Of a stretch of DNA of 64,000 bases, positions 1-8,964 are shown in pieces. The notes under the pieces are model-generated. The model searched no databases and was not told the DNA's origin. It saw only the letters and a program-made list of their open reading frames with translations. Position 1 is the stretch's first letter; every line of letters begins with the position of its first letter. This DNA is from Patescibacteria group bacterium (lineage in GTDB: Bacteria > Patescibacteriota > Minisyncoccia > Phycocordibacterales > SIBU01), in contig JAZJZC010000001.1 in the NCBI GenBank assembly GCA_040390045.1, positions 108,005 to 172,004 of the forward strand, given 5' to 3'. The translations under genes were made by a program, and so were the position numbers.

Positions 1-7
1 CGGGCTA

Positions 8-1123
8 ATGCAGCTCGGTACCTTGGTGTTCTTGTTCCCCTTAGCTCTGACTATTTTAGGGGTCACAACAGGCTGGAGCAGTTTCACTGCGTGGGGAGGA
101 GTTTGGTGCTTAACCTTTTCACTCCTTTTGATCGTTTGGGCAACCCCCATTGCAATCGCAGCTGACGCCATCCTGAGAATCAGGTGGATGAAGATCAGCT
201 GGTACGCCGAGCTTGGACGAGGGTTGCTTCTTTCGGAGGCACTCACGTTTTCAATTCTCACACTTGTTCCAATCAGAAACGCCTGGGGTGTCTTCCCCTT
301 CTGCTTACTCTGCGTTATAGGAATAATCTTGATGTCGTACCATTGGAAAATGGGGATGTCATGGTTTAAACCGATGATGTGGTACGGCACGATTGGGGCG
401 GTGATTGTCTGTTTGGGGATGTTCTTCTGGCCAGCATTGGTTAGCGGAATAAAGTGGATGCACAGTGACTGGAACACCTTCGAGGTGGTAAAGGGTTACC
501 ACTGGTTGTCGCCGCACGTCAGACCTCAAATCTGGCGGGCCGACGGCAACATGAGGACTCGAGCCATCATCGGCCTAATCCTCATCCTGGCATGGGTCGC
601 TGTTGGTAGCATCGCCCTACTCGTTACCTGGGTCTTCGGCCGAAAAGCTGGAGCTCCAGGGGCAAGTCACGCGGCTTCACCAGCGTCATCACATGGCTCA
701 GGTCATGGAGGTGGTGGAAGTGGTGGCCTGTCGTGGAAGGCGATATTTGGGGTAGTGGTCGTGATCGGGATCATCATTGCGATCTTAGAGCACGCGGACC
801 ATCCCAATAATCCCTATCCCTTCTTCGGAGGACCGGGAAGTGGGCGAATGTTCGCCACAACCAATCCCCCAAGAACAACCACGGGGCATGCGGTTGGAGC
901 GGCAGAAATCGCCGTCCCAATTCCCGACAACTACGACTTCGACGTCGTGGTCAGGGAGGTGGGAAAACCCATCTGGATCCGTCCGGAGGGTTCCACCAAC
1001 AAGTTCCGACTCCAAAGGGGAGAGTACCTCCCCCACTTCAACCTCTATGGGAACCACTTGTTCCTGTCGACGGTTGATCCGAGTCAAACTGTCGCGGTCG
1101 ACGTCAGCGTCTGGCCAAGATAG
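8..1123 (+). CDS. hypothetical multi-pass membrane protein with Gly/Ser/His linker and C-terminal soluble domain (start may lie upstream of the window)
   Basis: 371-aa ORF with many hydrophobic segments, followed by a hairpin and T-run at about 1133-1170. Confidence 0.7.
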   Translation: MQLGTLVFLFPLALTILGVTTGWSSFTAWGGVWCLTFSLLLIVWATPIAIAADAILRIRWMKISWYAELGRGLLLSEALTFSILTLVPIRNAWGVFPFCLLCVIGIILMSYHWKMGMSWFKPMMWYGTIGAVIVCLGMFFWPALVSGIKWMHSDWNTFEVVKGYHWLSPHVRPQIWRADGNMRTRAIIGLILILAWVAVGSIALLVTWVFGRKAGAPGASHAASPASSHGSGHGGGGSGGLSWKAIFGVVVVIGIIIAILEHADHPNNPYPFFGGPGSGRMFATTNPPRTTTGHAVGAAEIAVPIPDNYDFDVVVREVGKPIWIRPEGSTNKFRLQRGEYLPHFNLYGNHLFLSTVDPSQTVAVDVSVWPR

Positions 1124-1261
1124 TAAAATCACAAGCGAGGAAGAGATTATATCTCCCCTCGCTTTTTCTTTTTTTTAATTTTCGAGCTACATGTTTTCAA
1201 TCTTCATTCACCCCACTCGTCCCGCCTCTCTGTGTGTATGTACACCGTTTCTTCTTCCGTA

Positions 1262-1297
1262 TACATTAAGGAGTCACGGCCGTGACTCCTTAATGTA
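1262..1297. repeat. perfect 36-bp palindrome TACATTAAGGAGTCACGG|CCGTGACTCCTTAATGTA (copy 1 of the CACGGCCGT family)
   Basis: Read directly; related copies at 1939-1974 and 2150-2185. Confidence 0.9.
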
Positions 1298-1367
1298 GGT
1301 GCTCAAATCAGAGAATAATTTTTTGAAACTTAATTAGAAATAGATTTAGAAGAAACAGAAAAGAAGA

Positions 1368-1943
1368 TTACTTCAAACCAAAATTTTTACGAATTTCTGT
1401 ATCATTCTCTATTGAATCTACGATCATGTACAACACTGCCTTCCCTATCTTAAAATCCGCCTTGAGCATGGTTATAAAATCTTCGCAATCGTAGGGGTAC
1501 ACCCAAACGCTTTGTTGAAGCTTAATGAATCCGATATTTGATAAAGTTTTTCTTAAAAGATCGCGCGTCTTTCTGTTACCTTCTCGTATATCAAAAATCA
1601 CTACGCGCCATTTCTTGTCCCAACGTTTTGGTTTCATGATCCTAAAATTATGCAGTTCAAAGTGACGAAGAATACTTTGACCTTTAGGAGAGAGCTTTAG
1701 AAAGCCGTGAGCGTCATAGAACAACAGACCTTTCTCCACGAGACGCTTCCGTGAGTTATGAATTATTTCAAGCTGTCTTGCACTTTTAATTATCCCTAAC
1801 TTCTTGAGTGACTGGAGAACATTTGGTGCCAAGAGAGCAATCGCGAGTATCCCCGCAGAAGCAACTGTCTGCAAAATAATTTCCTGCAATTGATGTTTAC
1901 GCGCTCGCTTTCTCGATTCAACTTCCATGTTTCCCATATACAT
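1368..1943 (-). CDS. PaaX-like transcriptional regulator (winged helix plus Cas2-like C-terminal domain)
   Basis: WDKKWRVVIFDI...RDLLRKTLSNIGFIKLQQSVWV matches the PaaX central/Cas2-like domain common in CPR. Confidence 0.8.
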   Translation of the reverse strand: MYMGNMEVESRKRARKHQLQEIILQTVASAGILAIALLAPNVLQSLKKLGIIKSARQLEIIHNSRKRLVEKGLLFYDAHGFLKLSPKGQSILRHFELHNFRIMKPKRWDKKWRVVIFDIREGNRKTRDLLRKTLSNIGFIKLQQSVWVYPYDCEDFITMLKADFKIGKAVLYMIVDSIENDTEIRKNFGLK

Positions 1944-1974
1944 TGATTATACACGGCCGTGTGCAATCAATGTA
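1939..1974. promoter_or_regulatory. 36-bp imperfect palindrome overlapping the start codon of the PaaX-like gene (putative operator)
   Basis: TACATTGATTATACACGG|CCGTGTGCAATCAATGTA. Confidence 0.7.
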
Positions 1975-2149
1975 GTGGAAAACTAGAGACTTTACGACAC
2001 TTCCGCTCACCCATTCCTACAAAAACCCGAATCTCTTACCTTCTGCTCGGTCTGCCGTTAATAAACAGACGCAACCTTGTTTTATTTCTATTACAGATGA
2101 CACTTACCATAGCTCTCAGATACCATGAAATAGTCGGTAATTAGCGAAC

Positions 2150-2185
2150 TACATTGATCACACACGGCCGTTGCTCATCGATGTA
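2150..2185. repeat. third, more degenerate 36-bp copy of the CACGGCCGT palindrome
   Basis: TACATTGATCACACACGG|CCGTTGCTCATCGATGTA. Confidence 0.75.
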
Positions 2186-2357
2186 GGTGGAAGTTTTAAA
2201 GGTTTAATGATCATGAAGTCTAAGGATTTGATAATTTAAAATTTTGGAATTTAAAAGTTGAAGGATTTTTAATGTAGAGATTCTTGAAAAGGAAGGTGAA
2301 AAAGGATACGAGAAAGATTTAGTATTTAATCGATTGATACACTTTGATTAAACCAAA

Positions 2358-2396
2358 AGAAAAACCTCTAAACACTTAGTGTCTAGAGGTTTTTCT
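2358..2396 (-). terminator. intrinsic terminator of the repeat-protein gene
   Basis: AGAAAAACCTCTA...TAGAGGTTTTTCT hairpin just past the stop at 2410. Confidence 0.7.
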
Positions 2397-2409
2397 GAGA
2401 TAAGACCGA

Positions 2410-3948
2410 TTAGAAGATGCTCAGTAACTTTGATCCGAAGCTAACCATTTTCTGGCTCAAGGTTACAGTGGCGGCAGCCTTTACAACTGGCTTAGCTTGA
2501 GATGCCTTGAGAGCCTTGCCTCCCCCTCCAGTCTGAGGCAAGCCAGGATAAGTCTGAACAGGAGCTTGAACCGTCGGAGTAATTATTGGCGCTGGTACAG
2601 AATAGCTCGGTGAGCTCAACGAAGGAAGTACAATTGTGGGTGATGCTTGATATGTTGGACCAGCGAGCGATCGGCCAACGAACGTTGGACTAGAATCATA
2701 GGTTGGAGAACTTAGGGTATTCCCCGCTGTACCTTCTGTTGCGGCGTAGGTTGGTGAGCTCAAATTTGAACCAGCGTTACTTCCACTTGTATCATAATTT
2801 GGAGAACTTAATGAAGCACCGTTAATACCAGCTGCGGCAACATAACTTGGTGAACTTAAGGTAGCACCGTTATTACTTGCCGTAGTGTATGTGGCAGAGG
2901 ACAAGCTTCCACCATTAGAATTTTCATTTGTAGTATATGTTGCGGAACTCAAAGTGCCGCCGACAGTTGCTGTCGCAATATAGGTTGCGCCAGACAAAGT
3001 GGCGCCGTTGTTGTTTGATGCACTGTAGGTTGGGGAAGAGAGGTTGTTACCGTTAGTACTTGCAGAAGTTGTATAGGTTGCTCCAGAAAGAGTCTGACCA
3101 GAATTGCCTGGGTTGGCAACGTATGTAGCAGAGCTCAAAGTAACCCCGTTAGGGTTATTAGTCGAAGTGTAGGTCGGTGAGGAAAGATTTGTACCATTTA
3201 CGTTTGAATTTGCAACGTAGGTAGCCGAACTCAAGTTGGTACCGTTGACATTGCCTGTCGCGGTATACGTAGGAGAAGCTAAGTTGTTACCAGAGTTACT
3301 TCCTGAAGTTGTGTATGATGGAGAACTAAGGTTGGTACCGGTATTACTTCCTGAAGTACTGTAGGTCGGAGAAGCAAGATTGCTCCCAGAATTATTTCCA
3401 TTAGCAGTATAGGTAGCCGAACTCAAGGTTGTGCCGGTGGTGTTGTTTGTCGAGGTGTAGTTTGGTGAAGATAAATTAGTTCCGGAGTTACTTGAGTTAG
3501 AAACATACGTAGCTGAACTTAGAGTAGGGCCGGCAGGATTATTTGTTGCGTAGTAATTTGGTGAAGATAAGTTTGAACCGCTATTATTGGCCGATGTTGC
3601 ATACACAGGAGAAGTCAAAATATTTCCACCACTAGTTACTGTTGTTACGTACGTAACTGAAGATACAGTAGAACCATTCACGTTATTTGTAGCTGTATAG
3701 TTGGGAGAAGCTAAATTCTTACCAGTATTGTAAGAAGTTGTTGTATACCCTGGTGAAGCAAGACTGCCACCACCAGTATTGGTGTTCGCGACATAATTTG
3801 CAGCGGAACGTGAAGCGCCAGAAATATTGCTATTAGCAACATAACTTGGAGCGCTTAAAGAAGCACAGGCGCAATCAGCCTTACTTACTGCTGGTAAGAA
3901 AGCTATAAAAAGTATTGAAAAACCGATATTTATAAGGTTATTTTTCAT
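2410..3948 (-). CDS. secreted Ser/Thr/Asn-rich repeat protein (about 27 copies of LS[S/G/A][P/A]xY, period about 15 aa) with an LPQTG motif near the C-terminus
   Basis: Signal-peptide-like N-terminus (..AVSKA|DCAC), visible repeats, YPGLPQTGG. Confidence 0.85.
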   Translation of the reverse strand: MKNNLINIGFSILFIAFLPAVSKADCACASLSAPSYVANSNISGASRSAANYVANTNTGGGSLASPGYTTTSYNTGKNLASPNYTATNNVNGSTVSSVTYVTTVTSGGNILTSPVYATSANNSGSNLSSPNYYATNNPAGPTLSSATYVSNSSNSGTNLSSPNYTSTNNTTGTTLSSATYTANGNNSGSNLASPTYSTSGSNTGTNLSSPSYTTSGSNSGNNLASPTYTATGNVNGTNLSSATYVANSNVNGTNLSSPTYTSTNNPNGVTLSSATYVANPGNSGQTLSGATYTTSASTNGNNLSSPTYSASNNNGATLSGATYIATATVGGTLSSATYTTNENSNGGSLSSATYTTASNNGATLSSPSYVAAAGINGASLSSPNYDTSGSNAGSNLSSPTYAATEGTAGNTLSSPTYDSSPTFVGRSLAGPTYQASPTIVLPSLSSPSYSVPAPIITPTVQAPVQTYPGLPQTGGGGKALKASQAKPVVKAAATVTLSQKMVSFGSKLLSIF

Positions 3949-4008
3949 AATTTTGTTGATTACTTTGGCGTGGAAAGTGAGGTTTTAGGCTCAATTTTTC
4001 ACCCCTGA

Positions 4009-4074
4009 ATCATAACAAACATTATAAATAAAGTCAAGGGGTATACTTGACATATCGAAACCGTGTGATAAACT
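4009..4074. promoter_or_regulatory. back-to-back sigma70-like promoters for the two divergent repeat genes
   Basis: Minus strand TTGACT-N17-TATGAT (4037 to 4009); plus strand TTGACA (4047)-N16-TAAACT. Confidence 0.55.
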
Positions 4075-4149
4075 GCGGTGAGCGTTCGGTTGGGCTAATT
4101 CCCTACTGAACATGACGGTTCAACGCAGTTGCACATTACACATATCTCT

Positions 4150-4929
4150 ATGAAAAATCTGATCCTGAAGCTGGCGTTCAGCTTCCTCGCCCTCACCGCA
4201 ACCTTCACCAGCGTCCATGCGGGCTTCCGAGCTCCAGTCTGGAATGACCGATGCTACACCTGTCACGGCGGCACGCCAAGCATCTGGCCCGGAGCGCCGG
4301 GGAGTGGTTGTGGAGGCCTCGCGTACGCGATCGCCTGCGGGTTCGTCAAACCCGTCACAGCGCCTCCGGCATGCTCTAACTGCGCCGTGGTTACGGTCTG
4401 CGATCCCCCACTATCGGCACCGGTCTATTCGCCGGCTGGAGGACCGGATTGCGCCCCATCGTTATCGGCGCCAGTCTATTCACCGGCAGGTGGAGTAATC
4501 TGTTACCCCTCGTTGTCGGCTCCGGTCTACAGCGCACAGACAAATGTCTGCTGTGGCGAGCCACTGTCCTCGCCGACATACACTGCGGATACAAACACCT
4601 GCTGTGGAGGGTCATTATCAGCACCGGTGTACACCGCCAACGTGGTTCCGTGCGCGGTGGTTGTGACTCCCCCGCCACCTCAAGCCAAGCGGCCGGTTTT
4701 GGGCCTAGTATTTGACTACACCGGTCAATACATCCAGGTCAAGATCTCCTTGAAAAACGGAGACCCGAATGCGAAGTATTCGCTCGAGGCGGCGGCGGTC
4801 ACTGGAGGACAATGGGGAGTGGTTCCCGGCCAGAAAATATCGGCCAACGGAAATGGGGTCGGAGAGGTGAAGTTCCTCTACAACTCCACCTTTCCCTTCG
4901 CTCTCTTCAGGGCGAGATTGGATCAGTGA
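4150..4929 (+). CDS. secreted Cys-rich protein with five LS[A/S]P[V/T]Y repeats (17-aa period) and a C-terminal beta-rich domain
   Basis: Signal peptide MKNLILKLAFSFLALTATFTSVHA; repeats visible; terminator at 4951-4986. Confidence 0.8.
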   Translation: MKNLILKLAFSFLALTATFTSVHAGFRAPVWNDRCYTCHGGTPSIWPGAPGSGCGGLAYAIACGFVKPVTAPPACSNCAVVTVCDPPLSAPVYSPAGGPDCAPSLSAPVYSPAGGVICYPSLSAPVYSAQTNVCCGEPLSSPTYTADTNTCCGGSLSAPVYTANVVPCAVVVTPPPPQAKRPVLGLVFDYTGQYIQVKISLKNGDPNAKYSLEAAAVTGGQWGVVPGQKISANGNGVGEVKFLYNSTFPFALFRARLDQ

Positions 4930-4950
4930 GGTCAGTGAAGATTTAATTAC

Positions 4951-4992
4951 CCGAGGTTTGAGACACCACAATGTCTCGAACCTCGGTTTTTT
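4951..4992 (+). terminator. intrinsic terminator
   Basis: CCGAGGTTTGAGACA...TGTCTCGAACCTCGG followed by a T-run. Confidence 0.75.
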
Positions 4993-5010
4993 CTTTGTAA
5001 AATTAATGCA

Positions 5011-5045
5011 GAAAACACCGCCGCGCAAAGCGCGGCGGTGTTTTC
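5011..5045. terminator. bidirectional terminator (CCGCCGCG family)
   Basis: GAAAACACCGCCGCGC AAA GCGCGGCGGTGTTTTC between convergent genes. Confidence 0.75.
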
Positions 5046-5052
5046 ACTACAC

Positions 5053-5301
5053 TTACAAAATATTAACCGTGCCCAGAATTATCTCTTTGAGCGCGTAGGC
5101 GGAAATCATAACAACCATTCCCACCACGCCCCAGATCATCTGACGAGTGCCAGTTGATCGAGCTTCGGCGTCATCGGCGGCGCCAACAAAGTTTTGGACC
5201 CCCCAAATAAAGACAAGTGTGGCCAGAGCAAACATCAACAAAATCAGCGGCTTCAGAATGAAGTCGCTGATTTTGTTTACTAATTCATTAACAGCAGTCA
5301 T
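5053..5301 (-). CDS. pilin-like protein (TrbC/VirB2-like CPR pilin)
   Basis: Two TM segments joined by A-x-D-x-E-x-R, then IWGVVG. Confidence 0.7.
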   Translation of the reverse strand: MTAVNELVNKISDFILKPLILLMFALATLVFIWGVQNFVGAADDAEARSTGTRQMIWGVVGMVVMISAYALKEIILGTVNIL

Positions 5302-5344
5302 AGATAATATAATTTCTGCGTATAATAAATTATTTCAAACTAGA

Positions 5345-5761
5345 TTAAACGCAAGGTGGAATAGTACAGGTAATTGTTGGCAAACCGTTCTGCGTTGCTG
5401 CTCTGTTTACTGTTGTCTGTCCAGCATTACTTAGTCCAAAAGTATTGATGAGGATTCCAACAAGACCCCAAACAGAGGCCATGAGGAAAATACCGATGAT
5501 TCCCCAAATAATAAAGCCCTTAGCGCTAGCTCGAGCCTCTTCATCTCCAGCTGAACTGATGAATCCGAAAATACCGTAGATAACAACGAAAACAGCAAGA
5601 CCGAACAAGAACGGAATAATGGTGTTAATAACAAGGGTCAGTCTCTGCAAAAAAGTAGTTAAACTAGTTACAGGGGCAGAAACTTGGGGAGCAGCTGCTG
5701 CTTGCGCGAACGCAAGAACCGGAAGAAGAAACGATGCTGAAGCGACGAGAAACTTTTTCAT
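5345..5761 (-). CDS. pilin-like protein with signal peptide
   Basis: PVLAFAQ signal; IYGIFGFISSAGDEEARASAKGFIIWGIIG. Confidence 0.8.
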   Translation of the reverse strand: MKKFLVASASFLLPVLAFAQAAAAPQVSAPVTSLTTFLQRLTLVINTIIPFLFGLAVFVVIYGIFGFISSAGDEEARASAKGFIIWGIIGIFLMASVWGLVGILINTFGLSNAGQTTVNRAATQNGLPTITCTIPPCV

Positions 5762-5865
5762 TATATTTTAATTGATTAATTGAAAACTAATAATTTGTAT
5801 TGATACCGAGCGACCTTTATTATTTTTTATGAATGGTTACATTATATATTGTCCATTACAGATAA

Positions 5866-6062
5866 CAAGTGGGGTGTGGATAGTGGCGCTCGGATTGTTC
5901 TTTTCGCTAAAGCGCTTCGTAATCCTCGAAAATCAAGTCGGTGGTCTTTACGTAAAACAAAAAACTCGCTCGAGGACTCGCTCAAACAATTTCATTTTCC
6001 TAACCATCTCGTGATTTTTTACGGCTACTACGCTAACCCGCTCAAAGAACTATCCTCACTTG
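5866..6062. other. structured intergenic element (nested inverted repeats) upstream of a pilin gene
   Basis: CAAGTGGGG/CCTCACTTG, GGATTGTTCTTT/AAAGAACTATCC and GAAAATCA/TGATTTTT pairings. Confidence 0.45.
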
Positions 6063-6125
6063 GATACCGAGATAGGAATCTCGGTAGGAAAACAGGGCTG
6101 GAAATTCAAATAGAGACTAATTCAG

Positions 6126-6959
6126 CTACTTGCAACCAGCTGGTGTAGGAATGGCTAAACAACGAAATATCTGAGTAGTGCCTTGAGGTGTGTTGTCAAA
6201 ATTAAAGGTTTTAACCAAAATATTAATCATGCCCCAAATGGAGAGCATGAGAAATATGAAGATAACACCCCAAATTATAAAATTCCTCGCATCGGCTCGT
6301 TTTTCCTCATTTTGAGCTTCTCGAATATAATTGAAAATACCAAGAATGACAACAAAGACAGCAATACCAATAAGAAATCCAACAATGTTGGGGCCGATGA
6401 TATTGAGCCTTGCGATGAGTTCAACAATGGTTTTTGGCGGTGTGGTCGGCAAAGGAGTATTGTTGGGATATACAGCCGTCACAATACCGTTTGACCTGTC
6501 GAGGTTGAAAGTATTGTAGAGAATGTTTATAAGACCCCAGACTGAGAGCATGCAAAAAATACCAACAATCCCCCACACAATAAAATCTCGGGCTTCTTTA
6601 CGTTTTTCTTCGTCAGCCGCCTGAGAAACATAACCGAAAATGCCGTAAATAATCAAAAATACAGCGAGACCGATCAAAAACGGTATGAAAAGGTTTATGA
6701 TACCGATGAATCTATTGAGGAGAAGGTCGATGGTATTGATAGTGCCAGTCTGCAACGCTCCGGTGACAGCGCTATACCGACTATAGCCAGCTGGGCAATT
6801 CCCGTTAGCACTAGGCTGACTACTAGAGCCATCAGCAGAAACACAAATATCGGCCGCAAAAGCTGGACTGACATTCACAAAAAAACTAAGGAGCAAGGGG
6901 AAAATCAGGAGTCCCAAAAGCACCTGTGACAGTCGTAATTTTAATAATGTAATTTTCAT
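6126..6959 (-). CDS. two-domain pilin-like protein
   Basis: Two copies of the (D/N)EEKR..AR.FI.WG motif. Confidence 0.8.
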   Translation of the reverse strand: MKITLLKLRLSQVLLGLLIFPLLLSFFVNVSPAFAADICVSADGSSSQPSANGNCPAGYSRYSAVTGALQTGTINTIDLLLNRFIGIINLFIPFLIGLAVFLIIYGIFGYVSQAADEEKRKEARDFIVWGIVGIFCMLSVWGLINILYNTFNLDRSNGIVTAVYPNNTPLPTTPPKTIVELIARLNIIGPNIVGFLIGIAVFVVILGIFNYIREAQNEEKRADARNFIIWGVIFIFLMLSIWGMINILVKTFNFDNTPQGTTQIFRCLAIPTPAGCK

Positions 6960-6984
6960 GAGAATAATTCTGTAATCAAAAATT

Positions 6985-7524
6985 TCATTGAGCACCAACC
7001 AAAGGAATCACAGGGTAACGGGAATGAACGGTCGTATTTGTGTTATCGATCCCTAAGGTGTTGTACAAAATATTTACGAGCCCCCAAACAGAGAGCATGA
7101 GAACGACACCAATAACGCCCCACATGATAAAGTCACGAGCTTGCTTGCGAGCTTCTTCGTCCGCGGCTTGAGAAATGTAAGTGAAAATGCCATAAATAAT
7201 GACGAAGACTCCTAGACCGACGAGGAATGGGATGAGAAGGTTTATGACACCAATAGCTCGGTTTAGAAGACCAGCGATACTGGTGATGGCTCCGCCCCCA
7301 CCACCCGAACAATTTCCGAGCGCTGCATAAGCTTGGTTTAGAGCTGTGCCATTATTACCTTCCCTAGTCATATTGTGAGAACTCAACCATGCATTAACTT
7401 GATCATCAGTACATGAAGCAAAAACTGGACTAACACTTATTGAAAAACTTGAAACTAGAAGCAAACTAAAAACACTTAAAAGAAAGACTCTAGTAAATTT
7501 TGATTTTAATGATAGTTTTTTCAT
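6985..7524 (-). CDS. pilin-like protein
   Basis: YGIFTYISQAADEEARKQARDFIMWGVIG. Confidence 0.8.
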   Translation of the reverse strand: MKKLSLKSKFTRVFLLSVFSLLLVSSFSISVSPVFASCTDDQVNAWLSSHNMTREGNNGTALNQAYAALGNCSGGGGGAITSIAGLLNRAIGVINLLIPFLVGLGVFVIIYGIFTYISQAADEEARKQARDFIMWGVIGVVLMLSVWGLVNILYNTLGIDNTNTTVHSRYPVIPLVGAQ

Positions 7525-7635
7525 GGGGTAATTATATAATGAATTCATGGAACATGGAACACAAATCACAGAACACTGGGGGATAAAATTAATCTCTTTT
7601 TTATGATCCGTGTTCCATGTTTTGTGTTCTGTGAC

Positions 7636-7989
7636 CTAAAAGGTGTCCACTCCCAAATAGGTATTGGCCAAAAGTCTGGCTAGACCCCAGAAAGAGAAAA
7701 TAATAAACATCCCCAGAAGACCGTAAATAATGAGTTGTTTGGCTTTACCCAAACGTTCTTCGTCTCCACCTGCCCCGCTGTATTTTAAAATTCCGGTGAG
7801 CAATCCGAAAAAACCGAGACCGGCAACAAACATTGTAACGTCGCCTAAGATGTTTATAAAATTTAGAACAAATTCAGAAAAATTTCTAGACGGGGTCGCT
7901 GGCGTCGCGGCAACTGCGAGAAAAGGAAAGGTAGAAGACGAAATTATTATAGCCAAAGTTTTCGTATGTTTTCGTATTTTCGTAATCAT
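7636..7989 (-). CDS. pilin-like protein
   Basis: GILKYSGAGGDEERLGKAKQLIIYGLLG. Confidence 0.8.
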   Translation of the reverse strand: MITKIRKHTKTLAIIISSSTFPFLAVAATPATPSRNFSEFVLNFINILGDVTMFVAGLGFFGLLTGILKYSGAGGDEERLGKAKQLIIYGLLGMFIIFSFWGLARLLANTYLGVDTF

Positions 7990-8003
7990 TTAGTATGTTC
8001 GTA

Positions 8004-8459
8004 TTACCGTGTTGGACACGTGAGTCCTGCAGTACCGAGTTGTTGGATGGTGCCACAAATAATAGTGGAAATAACTTTAGCACCGAGTAGAACAGCGACA
8101 CCGATCACGGTCCACAAAAGTGCATTCTTGGCTTTACTTAATTTTTCTTCACTGCCTCCAGCCATAACCATCAGAAATCCAGCATAAATGAGAAAGAAAA
8201 TAGAGAGTAGAGCGGCAATCGGAAAAAGGGTATCGAGAAGTAATTTGATGAAAGCCTCGATAGAGTTAACGCTTCCAAGAGGATTGGTTATAATCGGGGC
8301 AATTTGTGATCCAGATCCACCTCCCGTGATCTGCGAGCCCTGAGCCAGAGCCGTAGTGGCTGAAAGCATTGCATATGTAACTCCTGTCAAAAACGCTAGA
8401 AAAATTTTAAATTTTTTAAATATCATTGAATATATTTGATTACTATTTTGGAGCTTCAT
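8004..8459 (-). CDS. pilin-like protein (NPL motif type)
   Basis: ITNPLG...IYAGFLMVMAGGSEEKLSKAKNALLWTVIG. Confidence 0.8.
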   Translation of the reverse strand: MKLQNSNQIYSMIFKKFKIFLAFLTGVTYAMLSATTALAQGSQITGGGSGSQIAPIITNPLGSVNSIEAFIKLLLDTLFPIAALLSIFFLIYAGFLMVMAGGSEEKLSKAKNALLWTVIGVAVLLGAKVISTIICGTIQQLGTAGLTCPTR

Positions 8460-8485
8460 TAAAATGAATACGATTTGGAAAAATT

Positions 8486-8953
8486 TTATATTGGTTTTAA
8501 TGTACTCCTGCTTATAAACCCGGCATCAATTAACCCGGCGTCGATTGCATGGACAATAAGCCAGGCCGAAAGCATGATCAAAAACCCGACAAGCACTTTT
8601 CCAAAAATTTCTTTGGCATGCTCTATTTTACCCATTTCTCCTCCCGCTGTCATCATCAAAAATCCTGCCCAAGCAAAGGCGAGAGCAGAAACCGCTGCTC
8701 CAAGGACGATGAGGTAGTTAGCTATTTTATTGATGAGCGTAATAATGTGTTGAAATCCACAGGGATTCGAAACCGTACCTCCTACATATTTAACTCCACT
8801 TCCTGTTCCAAGGGTAGCCCCGTCAGGATAGACTTCTGTGCCACAGGGAATAAAATTTTGTACCGCTTGTCCAAAAACCAAAAAGGGTGCTGTAATCAAA
8901 AATATCGCCAAGAAAAACGAGAAGATGGCATTTTGATTTACAATTTTTGTCAT
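8486..8953 (-). CDS. pilin-like protein with Cys pair
   Basis: IPCG...PCGF...AGFLMMTAGGEMGKIEHAKEIF. Confidence 0.8.
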   Translation of the reverse strand: MTKIVNQNAIFSFFLAIFLITAPFLVFGQAVQNFIPCGTEVYPDGATLGTGSGVKYVGGTVSNPCGFQHIITLINKIANYLIVLGAAVSALAFAWAGFLMMTAGGEMGKIEHAKEIFGKVLVGFLIMLSAWLIVHAIDAGLIDAGFISRSTLKPI

Positions 8954-8964
8954 GAAAATTTTAT

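Noticed and set aside
1262-2185. CRISPR array (36-bp repeats next to a Cas2-like gene)
   Set aside because: Gaps are 641 and 175 bp rather than spacer-sized, the copies diverge, and no cas1 or effector genes are present.
2410-3948. Ice-nucleation protein or RNA polymerase II CTD-like repeat
   Set aside because: The repeat lacks the AGYGST 16-mer and the YSPTSPS heptad; the similarity is only compositional.
4252-4266. c-type cytochrome (CYTCH motif)
   Set aside because: A single CxxCH in a very Cys-rich protein; no maturation genes nearby and CPR generally lack them. Disulfide or metal binding is more likely.
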